Notes: generated from the letters alone by a model not told the origin. DNA of 64,000 bases from Promethearchaeota archaeon (GCA_016839765.1 JAEOTP010000007.1:64001-128000); one strand, 5' to 3'; numbered from the stretch's first letter, positions 19,297 through 29,886 are shown. Made by a program: numbers and translations.

Positions 19297-19965
19297 ATGG
19301 AAAATCTTGATACTCTTGAAAGAGTTGCAAAAGAAAATTTAAGTATAGCAAAAAATGAAATAAGGGTTGCAATGAATTCTAAAAATATTGCGAAATTTGA
19401 AATAAAAAAAGCTAAAGCTAGAGAAACACTCGTAAAAAAGGAACTTGAATTAACAAGAATTAGAAAAGATTTAGCTGAAGAGACAACAAAATTAATAAAT
19501 CGTAAACTGAAAGCTAAAGAACTTTTAAATTTATCAGATTCTGGACTGAAAATTGAAAAAGATCAAGCTGTTTTTAACGAAAAAGTGGCCGATATCCAAG
19601 AAGAAATCGCAGAAATTCATAAAAAAATTGCGAAAACTGAAAAAGAAATAGCTGAAGAAAACAAAAAACTAATGGATGAAAAAATAGATATTGCGAAAGA
19701 AAGAGAGAAATTAGGAAAAAGACAATTATTTTATATCAAACTTGTCAGAAGTTCAGCAATAGAAGAAAAAATAGCCTCTGCTAACGACGATTATCTTTCT
19801 CAACAAAAAAAGTTAAATAAAACTGAGAGAAAAGCTATCGAAAAGAATGAAGATCTAAAAAAATTACAAAATAGGTTATCTGATTTAAAAAGAGAGCTTT
19901 CTATAAAATTATCTGAACGGGAAAAAGTAAGACCATCACCATCCACTCCAACTACTGATTTATAG
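19297..19965 (+). CDS. Coiled-coil protein of unknown function
   Basis: K/E-rich heptads throughout; GGTGA RBS. Confidence 0.7.
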   Translation: MENLDTLERVAKENLSIAKNEIRVAMNSKNIAKFEIKKAKARETLVKKELELTRIRKDLAEETTKLINRKLKAKELLNLSDSGLKIEKDQAVFNEKVADIQEEIAEIHKKIAKTEKEIAEENKKLMDEKIDIAKEREKLGKRQLFYIKLVRSSAIEEKIASANDDYLSQQKKLNKTERKAIEKNEDLKKLQNRLSDLKRELSIKLSEREKVRPSPSTPTTDL

Positions 19966-20065
19966 GAACTTTCTTTCTAAATTTATTTAGCAAATAGAAA
20001 AAGTAAAATATTAATCAAAATTGAATATATAAAATTAAAATTTGAAATTTGGTTTGGGTTGGATT

Positions 20066-20815
20066 ATGCTTTTTCAGGATTTATTTTCAGTTGTAATAAA
20101 TTGGTTAGCTGATAACTTTGTTCCATTGTTAATTTCGGCTATCGTAATCATTGTAGGATATGTGATACATTTAATTCTTAAACGACAAATAAAAAAATTA
20201 GAAAGAAAACATAAATTAAATGAAAGTACCTCTAGAAATTTAACAAAGGTTCTAAAATATATTATAGTTTTAATAATAATATCAGCAGTATTTTTCCAAT
20301 TCGCTGAAAGTTTAGGTTTAATTACTACTTTATTTTCTTTGGTCGGTGGTACAATAATAGGTTTTGCTGCTATGAGTACACTTGGAAACGCTATTGCAGG
20401 GTTTATAATTATGCTTTCACGACCTTTCTCTGTAGGCGATAGAATTTTATATGATAATAACATTGTCGATATTACAGATGTTAAATTGATATTTACAACT
20501 ATGGTTGATCTTAACGGAATAAAGATCTCAGTACCCAATCAAAAATTATTGTCAAATGAGATTATTGATTTCGGAAAAAATTCTATAATCAGGAGAGAAA
20601 TTACTATAACACCTGGATTTGAAGAAGATCGAAATAAAGTAGAAAAAGTTTTGTTGAATTCTGTTAAAATTGTACCGCAAGTTTTAGAAAACCCTGAACC
20701 ATACGTTTGGATAAACAGTTTTCAAAACTATGCTGTAGAATATAAATTATTTGATATAATATCGATATTAGGACACCTCTTCTTCATCGCCAAATTAATG
20801 ATTAAAACTTATTAG
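20066..20815 (+). CDS. MscS mechanosensitive channel, probably C-terminally truncated
   Basis: GFAA..TLGNAIAG..I..RPFSVGD, VPN, EPYV motifs; tail after AVEYKLF looks non-homologous; ATG 20066 preferred over TTG 20042. Confidence 0.85.
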   Translation: MLFQDLFSVVINWLADNFVPLLISAIVIIVGYVIHLILKRQIKKLERKHKLNESTSRNLTKVLKYIIVLIIISAVFFQFAESLGLITTLFSLVGGTIIGFAAMSTLGNAIAGFIIMLSRPFSVGDRILYDNNIVDITDVKLIFTTMVDLNGIKISVPNQKLLSNEIIDFGKNSIIRREITITPGFEEDRNKVEKVLLNSVKIVPQVLENPEPYVWINSFQNYAVEYKLFDIISILGHLFFIAKLMIKTY

Positions 20816-20831
20816 TATTATAAAAATAGTT

Positions 20832-21932
20832 TTAAATCCATTTTTTTCTTTTGAAGAAATATATCATAACTGCTGTAATTGAGGACATTATGATGATTAA
20901 TATTGGATAAGCAAATGGATTTGAAAATTCAGGCATATACAAAAAGTTCATTCCATAAAAACCTGCAAGAAACGCCAAAGGCATGAATATTGTAGATATA
21001 ATAGTTAAAACTTTCATAATTTCGTTCATTCTATTACTTACACTTGAGAGATACATATCTAACATTCCAAAGATAATGTCACGATAGTTCTCTAGTAAGT
21101 CAGTTATTCGAAAAATATGATCATAAATATCTCGCAGATAAATTTGGAGTTCATCTTTTATCAATTTTGATTGTTCTCGTTGAAGTTGATTAACAACCTC
21201 TCGCATAGGCCAAATTAATTTTCTGATATCAATAGTTTTTCTCTTTAAATTATAAACTGCTTGCAAAGTTTCAGGTTTGGGATTTTGTATTAATTCATCT
21301 TCAATGCTCTCTATAATTTCTCCAATTGATTCTAATACAACAAAATAATTATCTATAATCACATCTATCAAGGTATAGATCAAATAATCAGGACCCATTA
21401 TTCGCACTTTACCTTTGGGAATTCTAATTCTTTCCAAGATCGGATTAAAGATTTCAGATTCTTGTTCTTGAAATGAAATAGCAAAATTTTCTCCAAGAAT
21501 TAGACTTATTTGCTCGTTATCGAAATCTTCTTTTATATTATTATAAAATAATCGCTTAACAACAATGAAAACATAATCTTTATAATCTTCAAATTTAGAA
21601 CGCTGATTTGGATTTAAAACATCTTCTAAAACTAGAGGATGAAGATTAAACTGTTTACCTAAACTTTCTATTAATTCTATGTTTGAAAATCCTGTAACTT
21701 TTATCCATCTGTTAAATGATTTTTCAATTCTGGTGTAATCAATTTGAAAGGTTTCTAAATCTTGAATATTATATTTTTGTTCATTATAATCTATTATTGA
21801 AACTTTTGTTTCTATTTCACGTTTTTCTCCAGTATATTTTAAAGTTCCGGGGGGAAGTCCAACCTTTTCCTTCCTTTTACTTGATTTAAATGCTTTTTTT
21901 AATGGGTCAATAAATTTCTTCATATATATCAA
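20832..21932 (-). CDS. corA: Magnesium/cobalt transporter CorA
   Basis: GLPPGTL, LHPLVLED, QRSK, YLRDIYDH, YGMNF..MPE motifs. Confidence 0.96.
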   Translation of the reverse strand: MIYMKKFIDPLKKAFKSSKRKEKVGLPPGTLKYTGEKREIETKVSIIDYNEQKYNIQDLETFQIDYTRIEKSFNRWIKVTGFSNIELIESLGKQFNLHPLVLEDVLNPNQRSKFEDYKDYVFIVVKRLFYNNIKEDFDNEQISLILGENFAISFQEQESEIFNPILERIRIPKGKVRIMGPDYLIYTLIDVIIDNYFVVLESIGEIIESIEDELIQNPKPETLQAVYNLKRKTIDIRKLIWPMREVVNQLQREQSKLIKDELQIYLRDIYDHIFRITDLLENYRDIIFGMLDMYLSSVSNRMNEIMKVLTIISTIFMPLAFLAGFYGMNFLYMPEFSNPFAYPILIIIMSSITAVMIYFFKRKKWI

Positions 21933-22119
21933 TATTTTTTAAGGATAGGATTACAACTTGGAATATTATACTAATAAGCTTGTTAATATCTTAAAAATTT
22001 CGTTTATTTTAAAATTTATAATATTTTTAATAAACGTTAATTTATTTTTTAATAAAAAAATATTTAAATGTAGAAAAAAATACTTAAAACTATAAAATTC
22101 CGTGAGTTAATATTTTGAT

Positions 22120-23061
22120 ATGAAAAGGATATATAAGATTTTCATTTGGTTGGTAAGTATTGGAATTATTTTAGTGATATATTTTTTTGTAATAAGGAGA
22201 TATCTGGATTTTCTTATAGGTTATGAATTATTAATAAATATAATTATTTTAAATATAATCGCTTATTTCTTAAGGTCTTTTTTCATAAACCTAACCCAGG
22301 GTTTAACTAAAAGCTTATTAGCTCGTTATATCATTATGATAATAATAAACATAGCATGGTTTATATTTCCTTTTTGGCTAATTTTTATTATTTCGCCGAT
22401 TTTTTTTATAGCAATTATATCCTTTTTAGTAGTTGCAATATCGTTAACATTTCAGAATATCATCAATAATATTGCTTCGGGTGTAATGCTTTTATCATCA
22501 GAAGGCTTTGAAGCTGGTGATTTAATTGAAACAAATGGAATTGAAGGCTTAGTAAAAGAGATTACTTTAAACTATTTAAAATTAGAAGATTTTGATGGAT
22601 CCTTAACCTATATTCCAAATAAGAATGCTTTTAACTCATCAATAGTTCGTTATACTCATAAACCTGTTGAAAAAGAAATAAAGTTAGGTATTTCGGATAT
22701 TGTTAAAAAATTTGGAACGATCTTAACTAAAGAAAAAAAATTTACTCGTTATATTAAAGTTGTGGAACTTTTAGGTTCAGTAGATCCAGAAAAGCTTGTG
22801 GAATTATTAAAACCTGTATTTGATAAGTATGAATCTATATTAGGGACAAGACCTTATTACTATGCTAATTATACAATCAGTGCAATAACTACTCGATTAA
22901 GTATTACTATACAAATTATGTCAGAGGATCCAAAACTAATCTTAACATATACTGATCCATTAATGAGGGAGATTCTTTTTAAAATTTATGATAAAGAAGT
23001 AAATTATGGATGGAATTTTGAGGAAAGATACAATTCTAATCATGGTTTAGAGGTAGAATAA
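22120..23061 (+). CDS. MscS family protein
   Basis: FQNIINNIASG, FEAGDLI, G.VKEI, YIPN motifs. Confidence 0.85.
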   Translation: MKRIYKIFIWLVSIGIILVIYFFVIRRYLDFLIGYELLINIIILNIIAYFLRSFFINLTQGLTKSLLARYIIMIIINIAWFIFPFWLIFIISPIFFIAIISFLVVAISLTFQNIINNIASGVMLLSSEGFEAGDLIETNGIEGLVKEITLNYLKLEDFDGSLTYIPNKNAFNSSIVRYTHKPVEKEIKLGISDIVKKFGTILTKEKKFTRYIKVVELLGSVDPEKLVELLKPVFDKYESILGTRPYYYANYTISAITTRLSITIQIMSEDPKLILTYTDPLMREILFKIYDKEVNYGWNFEERYNSNHGLEVE

Positions 23062-23063
23062 GC

Positions 23064-23969
23064 ATGGCAATATTTAATACAGATTTGGAAGCATTAATAT
23101 ATCTCTTAATCGTTGTAGTTGGTTTTTATCTTCTTAGTAAATTGATCTCTTCAACAATTGGTAAAAGTAAAAAAATAGCTTTAAAGCAAAAAATAATTAT
23201 TAATTTTGCTTTTAAAATCGCTAATGTTCTTGTTATTATTTTTTTTATTATTGAGGGTTTCCCTTCTATTTCTTTAATTGATCCTGCTTATACTGCGATA
23301 CTTACGAGTGCAATTAGTACTGCGATAGCGTTTGCATCTAGCGGTATATTTGCAAATTTTATTTCAGGGATAGTCATTATGTTAGTACGACCATTTGAAG
23401 TTGATGATTTGGTCAAAATTGAAGGAGACAAGGGAATCGTACGAGCAATTAATTTAACAAAGACAAAATTAGAAACATTTGATAATATTATAATTGAAAA
23501 ATCTAATGCTCAAGTTCTTTCGTCAAAAGTTGTAAATTATACAGTTAAACTAGGCAAAAAAAAAACTTTTGAAGATTTTAAGAGTAAGATCTTAGCACCT
23601 CAGGATATTGGATTTAAAGATTTTTATGAAGGAATTCCAGATACTAAAAAAGACCTTGAAACTAATTTGAGAAAGGCCTATGAATCATTTTCAACTAAGC
23701 ACTACCCAAAGCTTTATAATTTTACCTTTAGGATGGCTTTTCCTTATAAAGGATTTCGGTTAATGATGAGGAAAGTCGCAGAATTATGTAGTTTATATAA
23801 TGAGAAGAATATTTTTAAGATAAAACCCCAATTCGATGTTATAAATTTTAATATTAATATCATAGTCAAATTTAGGTTATTAACATTTAAGGCTCAAAAA
23901 ATTTTTGACTTTCAACCAAAATTTGCTCAAGATGTTTATAATATAATTTATAGCCACAAAAATCTATAA
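23064..23969 (+). CDS. MscS family protein
   Basis: AFAS..IFANFISG..RPFEVDD, G.VRAI, ETFDN motifs; 2 nt after the upstream paralog, GAGGT RBS. Confidence 0.85.
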   Translation: MAIFNTDLEALIYLLIVVVGFYLLSKLISSTIGKSKKIALKQKIIINFAFKIANVLVIIFFIIEGFPSISLIDPAYTAILTSAISTAIAFASSGIFANFISGIVIMLVRPFEVDDLVKIEGDKGIVRAINLTKTKLETFDNIIIEKSNAQVLSSKVVNYTVKLGKKKTFEDFKSKILAPQDIGFKDFYEGIPDTKKDLETNLRKAYESFSTKHYPKLYNFTFRMAFPYKGFRLMMRKVAELCSLYNEKNIFKIKPQFDVINFNINIIVKFRLLTFKAQKIFDFQPKFAQDVYNIIYSHKNL

Positions 23970-24052
23970 AATTAGTAGATTTACAACTTTTATTATTTAT
24001 TTTTTAAGTTACTTTTTATTTATTATAATTATAAAAGGAAAGGTGATTATAA

Positions 24053-24673
24053 ATTTTAATAAAACATAGGGGATATGAACCTAAAGTAGATCCTTCAGTA
24101 TATATTGCACCTAATGCTCTTCTTGTAGGTAGAGTTAAGGTTGGTAAAAATTCGCGGATAATGTATGGTTCAGTTCTAGATTCAGAAGGCTCTAAAGTTG
24201 AGATTGGTGAATGTTCAATTATCTGTGAAAATGCCGTTCTTAGAGCGACAGCAGCAGGGAACAAGGAGTATCCTGTATTAATCGGTAATAATGTTTTCAT
24301 CAGTCCTCAAACGACTCTTATTGGTTGTAGAGTTGAGTCTTTTTCTTACATTGCTACAGGGGCAACTATTTTACAAGGTGCAATAGTTCATTCTGGAGCT
24401 GCTGTAGCTGTTGGCGCCTTTGTCCATTCATATACCGTAGTTCCGAATAAATTCTTTATTCCTCCTAATACTATAGCAATTGGAGATCCCATTAAAATAT
24501 ATAGCCCTGACGAAAAAGAAAAATTGGCAGAAGCCATAGCGTCTATAGGCTTTGCTAAAATTGCCTTTAATGCTGATGCAGAATGGGACGATCGTTTTGC
24601 AAGATATAAACAAGCCACAGAAACTAGATCTAAGGAATTTGAAAGTCATTTTAAAGATAAAATACTAATGTAA
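24053..24673 (+). CDS. Gamma-carbonic anhydrase-like hexapeptide-repeat protein lacking the Zn ligands
   Basis: Conserved N-terminus (LIKHRGYEPKVDPSVYIAPNA.LVGRVKVG) lies upstream of ATG 24161; start inferred at ATT 24053 after AGGTGA. Confidence 0.85.
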   Translation: MLIKHRGYEPKVDPSVYIAPNALLVGRVKVGKNSRIMYGSVLDSEGSKVEIGECSIICENAVLRATAAGNKEYPVLIGNNVFISPQTTLIGCRVESFSYIATGATILQGAIVHSGAAVAVGAFVHSYTVVPNKFFIPPNTIAIGDPIKIYSPDEKEKLAEAIASIGFAKIAFNADAEWDDRFARYKQATETRSKEFESHFKDKILM

Positions 24674-24720
24674 TTAAATTGATTAAATAATTTTCCAAAA
24701 ACACGTTAAATTGAAGCAAA

Positions 24721-25311
24721 ATGTTTCATAACATACCTGAAGTTATAAAAAAAAGAATGAAATATTTAGAGAAAATTGATTCTAAAGATAGGCTCGATGG
24801 AACGCCCCGAATGAAAAGACTTCGTCAAATACCTCCTGATACAGGAAAGTTTCTATCAATTATGGCTGCTAGTGCTCCAAAGGGAAATTTTTTAGAAATT
24901 GGTACTAGCGCAGGTTACTCTACCCTCTGGATTGCATTAGCTTGTCAATATAGAAGAATCAAAATGAAAACTTTTGAAGTGTTAAAAGAAAAAGTTCAAA
25001 TGGCTAAAGAAACATTCAAAGTTACCAACATGAACAATTTCATTGACCTAGTTGAAGGTGATGCTCGTAATTATTTAAAGGGTATTAAAAATATTGCTTT
25101 TTGCTTTTTAGACGCTGAAAAAGAAGTTTACGAAGAATGCTATGATTTAATAATTCCAAATATGGTTAAAGGAGGACTCCTTATTGCGGATAATGCTATC
25201 AATCATTATGAAACTCTAAAACCAATGATCGATAAAGCTTTAGCCGATAATCGGGTAGACGCGATGGTTGTTCCAATTGGAAAAGGAGAATTACTATGCA
25301 GAAGAATTTAA
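24721..25311 (+). CDS. Class I SAM-dependent O-methyltransferase
   Basis: [27 protein letters not shown] motifs. Confidence 0.9.
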   Translation: MFHNIPEVIKKRMKYLEKIDSKDRLDGTPRMKRLRQIPPDTGKFLSIMAASAPKGNFLEIGTSAGYSTLWIALACQYRRIKMKTFEVLKEKVQMAKETFKVTNMNNFIDLVEGDARNYLKGIKNIAFCFLDAEKEVYEECYDLIIPNMVKGGLLIADNAINHYETLKPMIDKALADNRVDAMVVPIGKGELLCRRI

Positions 25312-25403
25312 TAAGATTTAGTACTCGTTACTTTTTTAATTATATACCTTTCAAATATTAGTAAGATTCATACCCAAAGATGAGATTAAAAAATGAATTA
25401 AAT

Positions 25404-25550
25404 TGGTACATTACATATATATCCTCCGGTTAAATGTACCACTAACTCCGTTCTGCTGAAGTGTAGCAATAGTATTTAATCGCTCTGGATTAGGAGGACT
25501 TCGCCTTGAATCACCTACCCTTGTTACAAGTAAGGGTGCTGAAGTGCTCC
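25404..25550. ncRNA. Candidate structured RNA or MITE-like element
   Basis: Inverted repeats TGGTACATT/AATGTACCA and GGAGGACTTC/GAAGTGCTCC; GC-richer than flanks; lies between convergent genes. Confidence 0.35.
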
Positions 25551-25673
25551 CAAAAACCCTATTTGAAGTCGATTATGTATAGATTTGATAACAATATCGT
25601 TAAAGTAATCAAATTTTAATAAAAATATTTCTTTTATTATGGAAATATCTAAATCGCAGAAAGAAACACTTTT

Positions 25674-26570
25674 TTAATTTAATAGATCTAAAAATCTGTT
25701 TAAAATAGCATGATATTCATCTCTTTTGAGTAAAGTGCCCATATGCCCTACATTCTCAAATATTATTTCTTCCACATTGGGATATTGACTTTTTAAATCC
25801 TCATGATAAGGAAATCCATGATCATCATTTGCTGTATAAATAAGAACTTTACCATCCCATCCGTAATAATCTTCTATATTGTATTTTTCACCATTGAATT
25901 CACCTGTGAGAGTTGATTGGCATAGTATGACACTTTTCTCTATTTTACTAAACCTTTCTTTTGCAAATGCCATTGCAAAATTAAACTCCTCCCGAATTTC
26001 AGTAATCATTTCTTTGTTTTCATTGGCTAATTTCAAAAGTTTTTTTGATATCAACTTCCTTAATAGAAAAGCCGGTATGAATTTAAACACCTTTTTCATT
26101 TTTTTAAAATCGTTTACCCATTCATATCTTGGAGGATAACTATTGATAAGAATAAGCGCCTCTATATTTTTATAATTTCTATGGAAATACGGTTGAGCCA
26201 TAAAACTTCCAAAACTCTGACCTATTAATATATATTTTTCCACATTTTCTATTTTTAGAATTTCATTTACGCCTTCACTAAATTCATCCAAACTTTCAAA
26301 ATTAGTAATTGATGGGGCAATAACCCTATAGTTTTTTTCAAAAAATCGTATAGCTTGAAAATTACCCTCGGCATTCCCAAGTGCTCCATGAAAGGCAAGA
26401 ACTGTTTTTTCACCAGTTCCACAACTTATATATTCTAGTTCCTTATTTCTGAACATTATAGTTTTTATGGGATGATTTTTTCTATAATCCACAAGGCGTT
26501 GATAAAGTTCCGGGGTTACATCCTTATAAAATTTGAAATTCCTTTGGTTTTTCATCTCTACCACCTTCAC
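25674..26570 (-). CDS. Alpha/beta hydrolase
   Basis: FHG, GQSFG nucleophile elbow, GH near C-terminus. Confidence 0.88.
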   Translation of the reverse strand: MKVVEMKNQRNFKFYKDVTPELYQRLVDYRKNHPIKTIMFRNKELEYISCGTGEKTVLAFHGALGNAEGNFQAIRFFEKNYRVIAPSITNFESLDEFSEGVNEILKIENVEKYILIGQSFGSFMAQPYFHRNYKNIEALILINSYPPRYEWVNDFKKMKKVFKFIPAFLLRKLISKKLLKLANENKEMITEIREEFNFAMAFAKERFSKIEKSVILCQSTLTGEFNGEKYNIEDYYGWDGKVLIYTANDDHGFPYHEDLKSQYPNVEEIIFENVGHMGTLLKRDEYHAILNRFLDLLN

Positions 26571-26821
26571 TTTTTATCTTACCTAAAATTTTTTCTAGCT
26601 ATTTAGGCATAACTAATTTTGAAATATAAATATTTTCATTTTTTTATGGAATTTGAATAATTTATTCAAATTTTGCGCCAAATACTGCAATTTTCATAAA
26701 TACAATTTTAATAAGATATTTTAAATACTTTTTTTTATAGATGAAAAATTTATGTTTTTTAATTAGTTATTACATATCATATACTTAATTTGATTAATAA
26801 TAGAAATAAGTTTCGTGTATA

Positions 26822-27706
26822 ATGCCAAAAGTGAAGATAAATAATATAGAGATTGAATATGAAACAATTGGGGATCCTACTTCAAAACCACTATTATTGA
26901 TAGCGGGATTGGGAAGTCAGTTGCTTGCTTGGTCGGATGAAATTTGCGAAAATCTTGCAGATAGAGGCTTTTTTGTCATTAGATTCGACAACCGAGATAT
27001 AGGTTTATCAACAAAATTTGAGGATGCGGGCTTACCGAACTTTATGGAGATTAATACAGCCTATACTCGCGGAGAATTGCCTAAAGTACCTTATAATTTA
27101 GAGGACATGGCCGATGATGCTATTGGTGTCTTGGATGCTTTGAATATAGATAAGGCACACATCTGCGGTGCTTCCATGGGCGGAATGATCGCACAGGTTA
27201 TAGCATATAAACATCCCTCACGGGTGCGATCTCTCACGATAATTATGAGCACGACTGGAAATCCTACTTTACCACAAGCGAAGCCAGAAATCATGGCACA
27301 ATTCTTTGCTCCCGTTCCTTCAGAACGCGAGACATATATTGAAGAAATGGTCAAGCGAGATAGTCTCATTCAAGGCACCTTTGCTTATGATGAGGATCAA
27401 GGGAGGGATTACAGAACAAAAGAGTATGATCGCAGTTATTATCCCGAAGGGATAGCACGCCAATTAGCAGCTATGGCTGTTCCCGGTAATATTAAACCTA
27501 AAATTTCTGCAATACAAGCGCCTACTCTAGTCATTCATGGGAGGGAAGATCCATTTAACTCTATTGAAGCAGGAAAAGAGATCGCATCAACAATACCTGG
27601 AGCAGAATTATTGATTTTGGATGGAATGGGGCATAGTTTTCCTCGTGAAATCATGCCACGTATTATAAACGCATTAGTTATGAATAGCAACAAGAATTGC
27701 AATTAA
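26822..27706 (+). CDS. Alpha/beta hydrolase (esterase/proline iminopeptidase-like)
   Basis: RFDNRDIGLS, GASMGG, HGREDP, GMGH motifs; GC-richer than its neighbours. Confidence 0.92.
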   Translation: MPKVKINNIEIEYETIGDPTSKPLLLIAGLGSQLLAWSDEICENLADRGFFVIRFDNRDIGLSTKFEDAGLPNFMEINTAYTRGELPKVPYNLEDMADDAIGVLDALNIDKAHICGASMGGMIAQVIAYKHPSRVRSLTIIMSTTGNPTLPQAKPEIMAQFFAPVPSERETYIEEMVKRDSLIQGTFAYDEDQGRDYRTKEYDRSYYPEGIARQLAAMAVPGNIKPKISAIQAPTLVIHGREDPFNSIEAGKEIASTIPGAELLILDGMGHSFPREIMPRIINALVMNSNKNCN

Positions 27707-27788
27707 ATAATTCTAATTTTTCATATAATTTTTTTACTTTCATACATACCATGGTACTGCTAGAAAATATATAGTATAACTGAGATTC

Positions 27789-28220
27789 ATGTTCAAAAAC
27801 GAGATTAGAAAGGAAATTGAAGAAATAGTAAATAGAGAGACTAGAGCTTGGGATAATCAAGATGTTGATCTTTTAATGACCATCTTTCATCCTGATATGG
27901 TTTGGCCTTGGCCAAAAACACCAAAAACTCATGATCCAATAGATTGGGTTCTAGAATGGGGTAGATATGATTATACCCGTTGGAGAAATGGCTGGCTAGA
28001 ACTCTTCAATACAAATAAATTAGAACATAATTATAGAGAAATTAAAAAAATTGAAATTTCTAAAGAAGGTGATGGTGCATTTGCCGTGGTTGATATTGAT
28101 ACGCTATGGGTTGACAAGGATGGCAATAGAAATCATTGGAAAGGAAGAGTTTGTAAAGTATATACAAAGATTGGAAATGAATGGAAAATGATCATGCATA
28201 CTGGAGTACTTAAATATTAG
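27789..28220 (+). CDS. NTF2/SnoaL-like (DUF4440) protein
   Basis: AW..QD.D.L..FHPD, A.VD.DT, WKMIMH pattern. Confidence 0.8.
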   Translation: MFKNEIRKEIEEIVNRETRAWDNQDVDLLMTIFHPDMVWPWPKTPKTHDPIDWVLEWGRYDYTRWRNGWLELFNTNKLEHNYREIKKIEISKEGDGAFAVVDIDTLWVDKDGNRNHWKGRVCKVYTKIGNEWKMIMHTGVLKY

Positions 28221-28272
28221 TTATAGAAAATGCAATATTACCTGAATTTAAGAATAGATATAGATAAGGAGA

Positions 28273-29118
28273 CTATTCTAAATCTTCCAAAAGAGGTTGG
28301 TCCTCAATAAATTCACAACTTAGACCTAGTCGTTGAAAGTATTTACATAAGGCGATACAGGCGAATTTCTCTGTTGAGTAATGAGTACCTCCAATTAAAT
28401 TTATTCCTTTTTCTTTCTCAAACTCATGCACGTTTTTGCTGTATTCATTTAGTGCCGTTATGCCAGTTACATATGTATTAATTCCTAGATCTACGATTTC
28501 TTGAATGATATCAATTTCATTACCACCCCCCGCTATTACTGCTACATTATGATCCTCAATCTCATTGGAACCATATTTCCATAACTTTATTTTATGTCCA
28601 ACAACATTGCTGAATTTATGAGCTAATTCTTCAGGTGTTTTTAAATCTATTTTTCCATAAATTCCAACCTTTACACCAAAATATTCATAAAACTCTCTTT
28701 CGGGAACAATCTCTAGCGCTTTAGCTAAGGACGTAGTCGTCGAATATTCCCCATTCTTGTCTAATGGAACATGGATCGTATATATTGAAATATTTTGTTG
28801 TTTTAACTTTGGGAGCAATTTTGGATTAATATCTAAAAAGACCTGTGGACTCCTTATATCCCAAACCATCGGGTGGTGAGTTATTAAAAGAACTCCTTCT
28901 TTACGAAGTTTTAATATTTTATTTAGAATATGATCGCTAGGAAAAACTGCGGTATAAACAGAATTGATTTCTTGAGAATGATCTAGCAGGGTTCCCATAT
29001 AACGTTGCTTAAAATTCTCACTAATATATTCGTTGAAATCCATTCTGGACCAATCATCCCTACATTGATCAAGCTCAAAATCTTCATCGAGTTTTTTATA
29101 TAGTGTTTTTGCGTCCAT
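28273..29118 (-). CDS. NIF3-like dinuclear metal-centre protein
   Basis: THHP, HVPLD, AGGG, HYSTE motifs. Confidence 0.9.
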   Translation of the reverse strand: MDAKTLYKKLDEDFELDQCRDDWSRMDFNEYISENFKQRYMGTLLDHSQEINSVYTAVFPSDHILNKILKLRKEGVLLITHHPMVWDIRSPQVFLDINPKLLPKLKQQNISIYTIHVPLDKNGEYSTTTSLAKALEIVPEREFYEYFGVKVGIYGKIDLKTPEELAHKFSNVVGHKIKLWKYGSNEIEDHNVAVIAGGGNEIDIIQEIVDLGINTYVTGITALNEYSKNVHEFEKEKGINLIGGTHYSTEKFACIALCKYFQRLGLSCEFIEDQPLLEDLE

Positions 29119-29293
29119 TAGCTTTTCCTATTATTCGGTTCATTATAAATTTTAACCTTTTTCTACGAGTTAATCTTCTTATCATTGGTGTTATTTTTAA
29201 AATTGGACTATTGAAGTTTCAAGTAGGATTATATTTTCCTAATCATATATCTAAAATATATTTTAATTTTAATTACGACTTGAGGTTATAGTG

Positions 29294-29755
29294 ATGAAAA
29301 AGATTTGGATAATTCATAACTCTACATATGGAAACTCTGAACGTATTTCAAAACAAATTGCTGAAGGTTTAAAAGATGGTTATGAAGTAAGTGTAGATAG
29401 TATTAAAAATGTTAGCCCTGCAGATATTGCTAAGGATGAGCCTTATGGGTTGATTATCGCGGTTCGAATCGTCGCTTTTAGGTCAGATAAAGAGATCCTA
29501 AAGTTTATCAAAAGTTTAGATGAAGTTATAACTAAACCGATTTCGAAAATTGCTTATTTTTCCACCCATGCATTAGGTTGGAAAAAGTTTTTTATAAAAG
29601 GAATGAAAAAGACGATTGAAAAAATTGGATGTGTTGAGGAGGTCTGTCCAGAATATCTTGAAGTAAAAATGCAAGGGGCTGAAGGACCAGCTGTAGAAGG
29701 CTCCGATGCAAAAATTGGAGAATTTATTTCTACATTAAAAGAATTTATGAAATAA
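29294..29755 (+). CDS. Flavodoxin-like protein
   Basis: HNSTYGNSERIS..IAEG FMN phosphate loop. Confidence 0.75.
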   Translation: MKKIWIIHNSTYGNSERISKQIAEGLKDGYEVSVDSIKNVSPADIAKDEPYGLIIAVRIVAFRSDKEILKFIKSLDEVITKPISKIAYFSTHALGWKKFFIKGMKKTIEKIGCVEEVCPEYLEVKMQGAEGPAVEGSDAKIGEFISTLKEFMK

Positions 29756-29886
29756 AATAATTAAATATAATTCTTATTATTCTCTTTCTTATTCTAATTT
29801 ATTTAGATTTATTTCAAACGAATTTACTGAAAAAAATAGTTTTTTTTAATAATCAATTTATAAAATTATAGCACGGTATTCTTGTT

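Noticed and set aside
25493-25550. Eukaryote-like SECIS element
   Set aside because: It has opposed GA motifs but lacks the RUGA context and apical A-run, and the flanking genes end in TAA with no in-frame TGA
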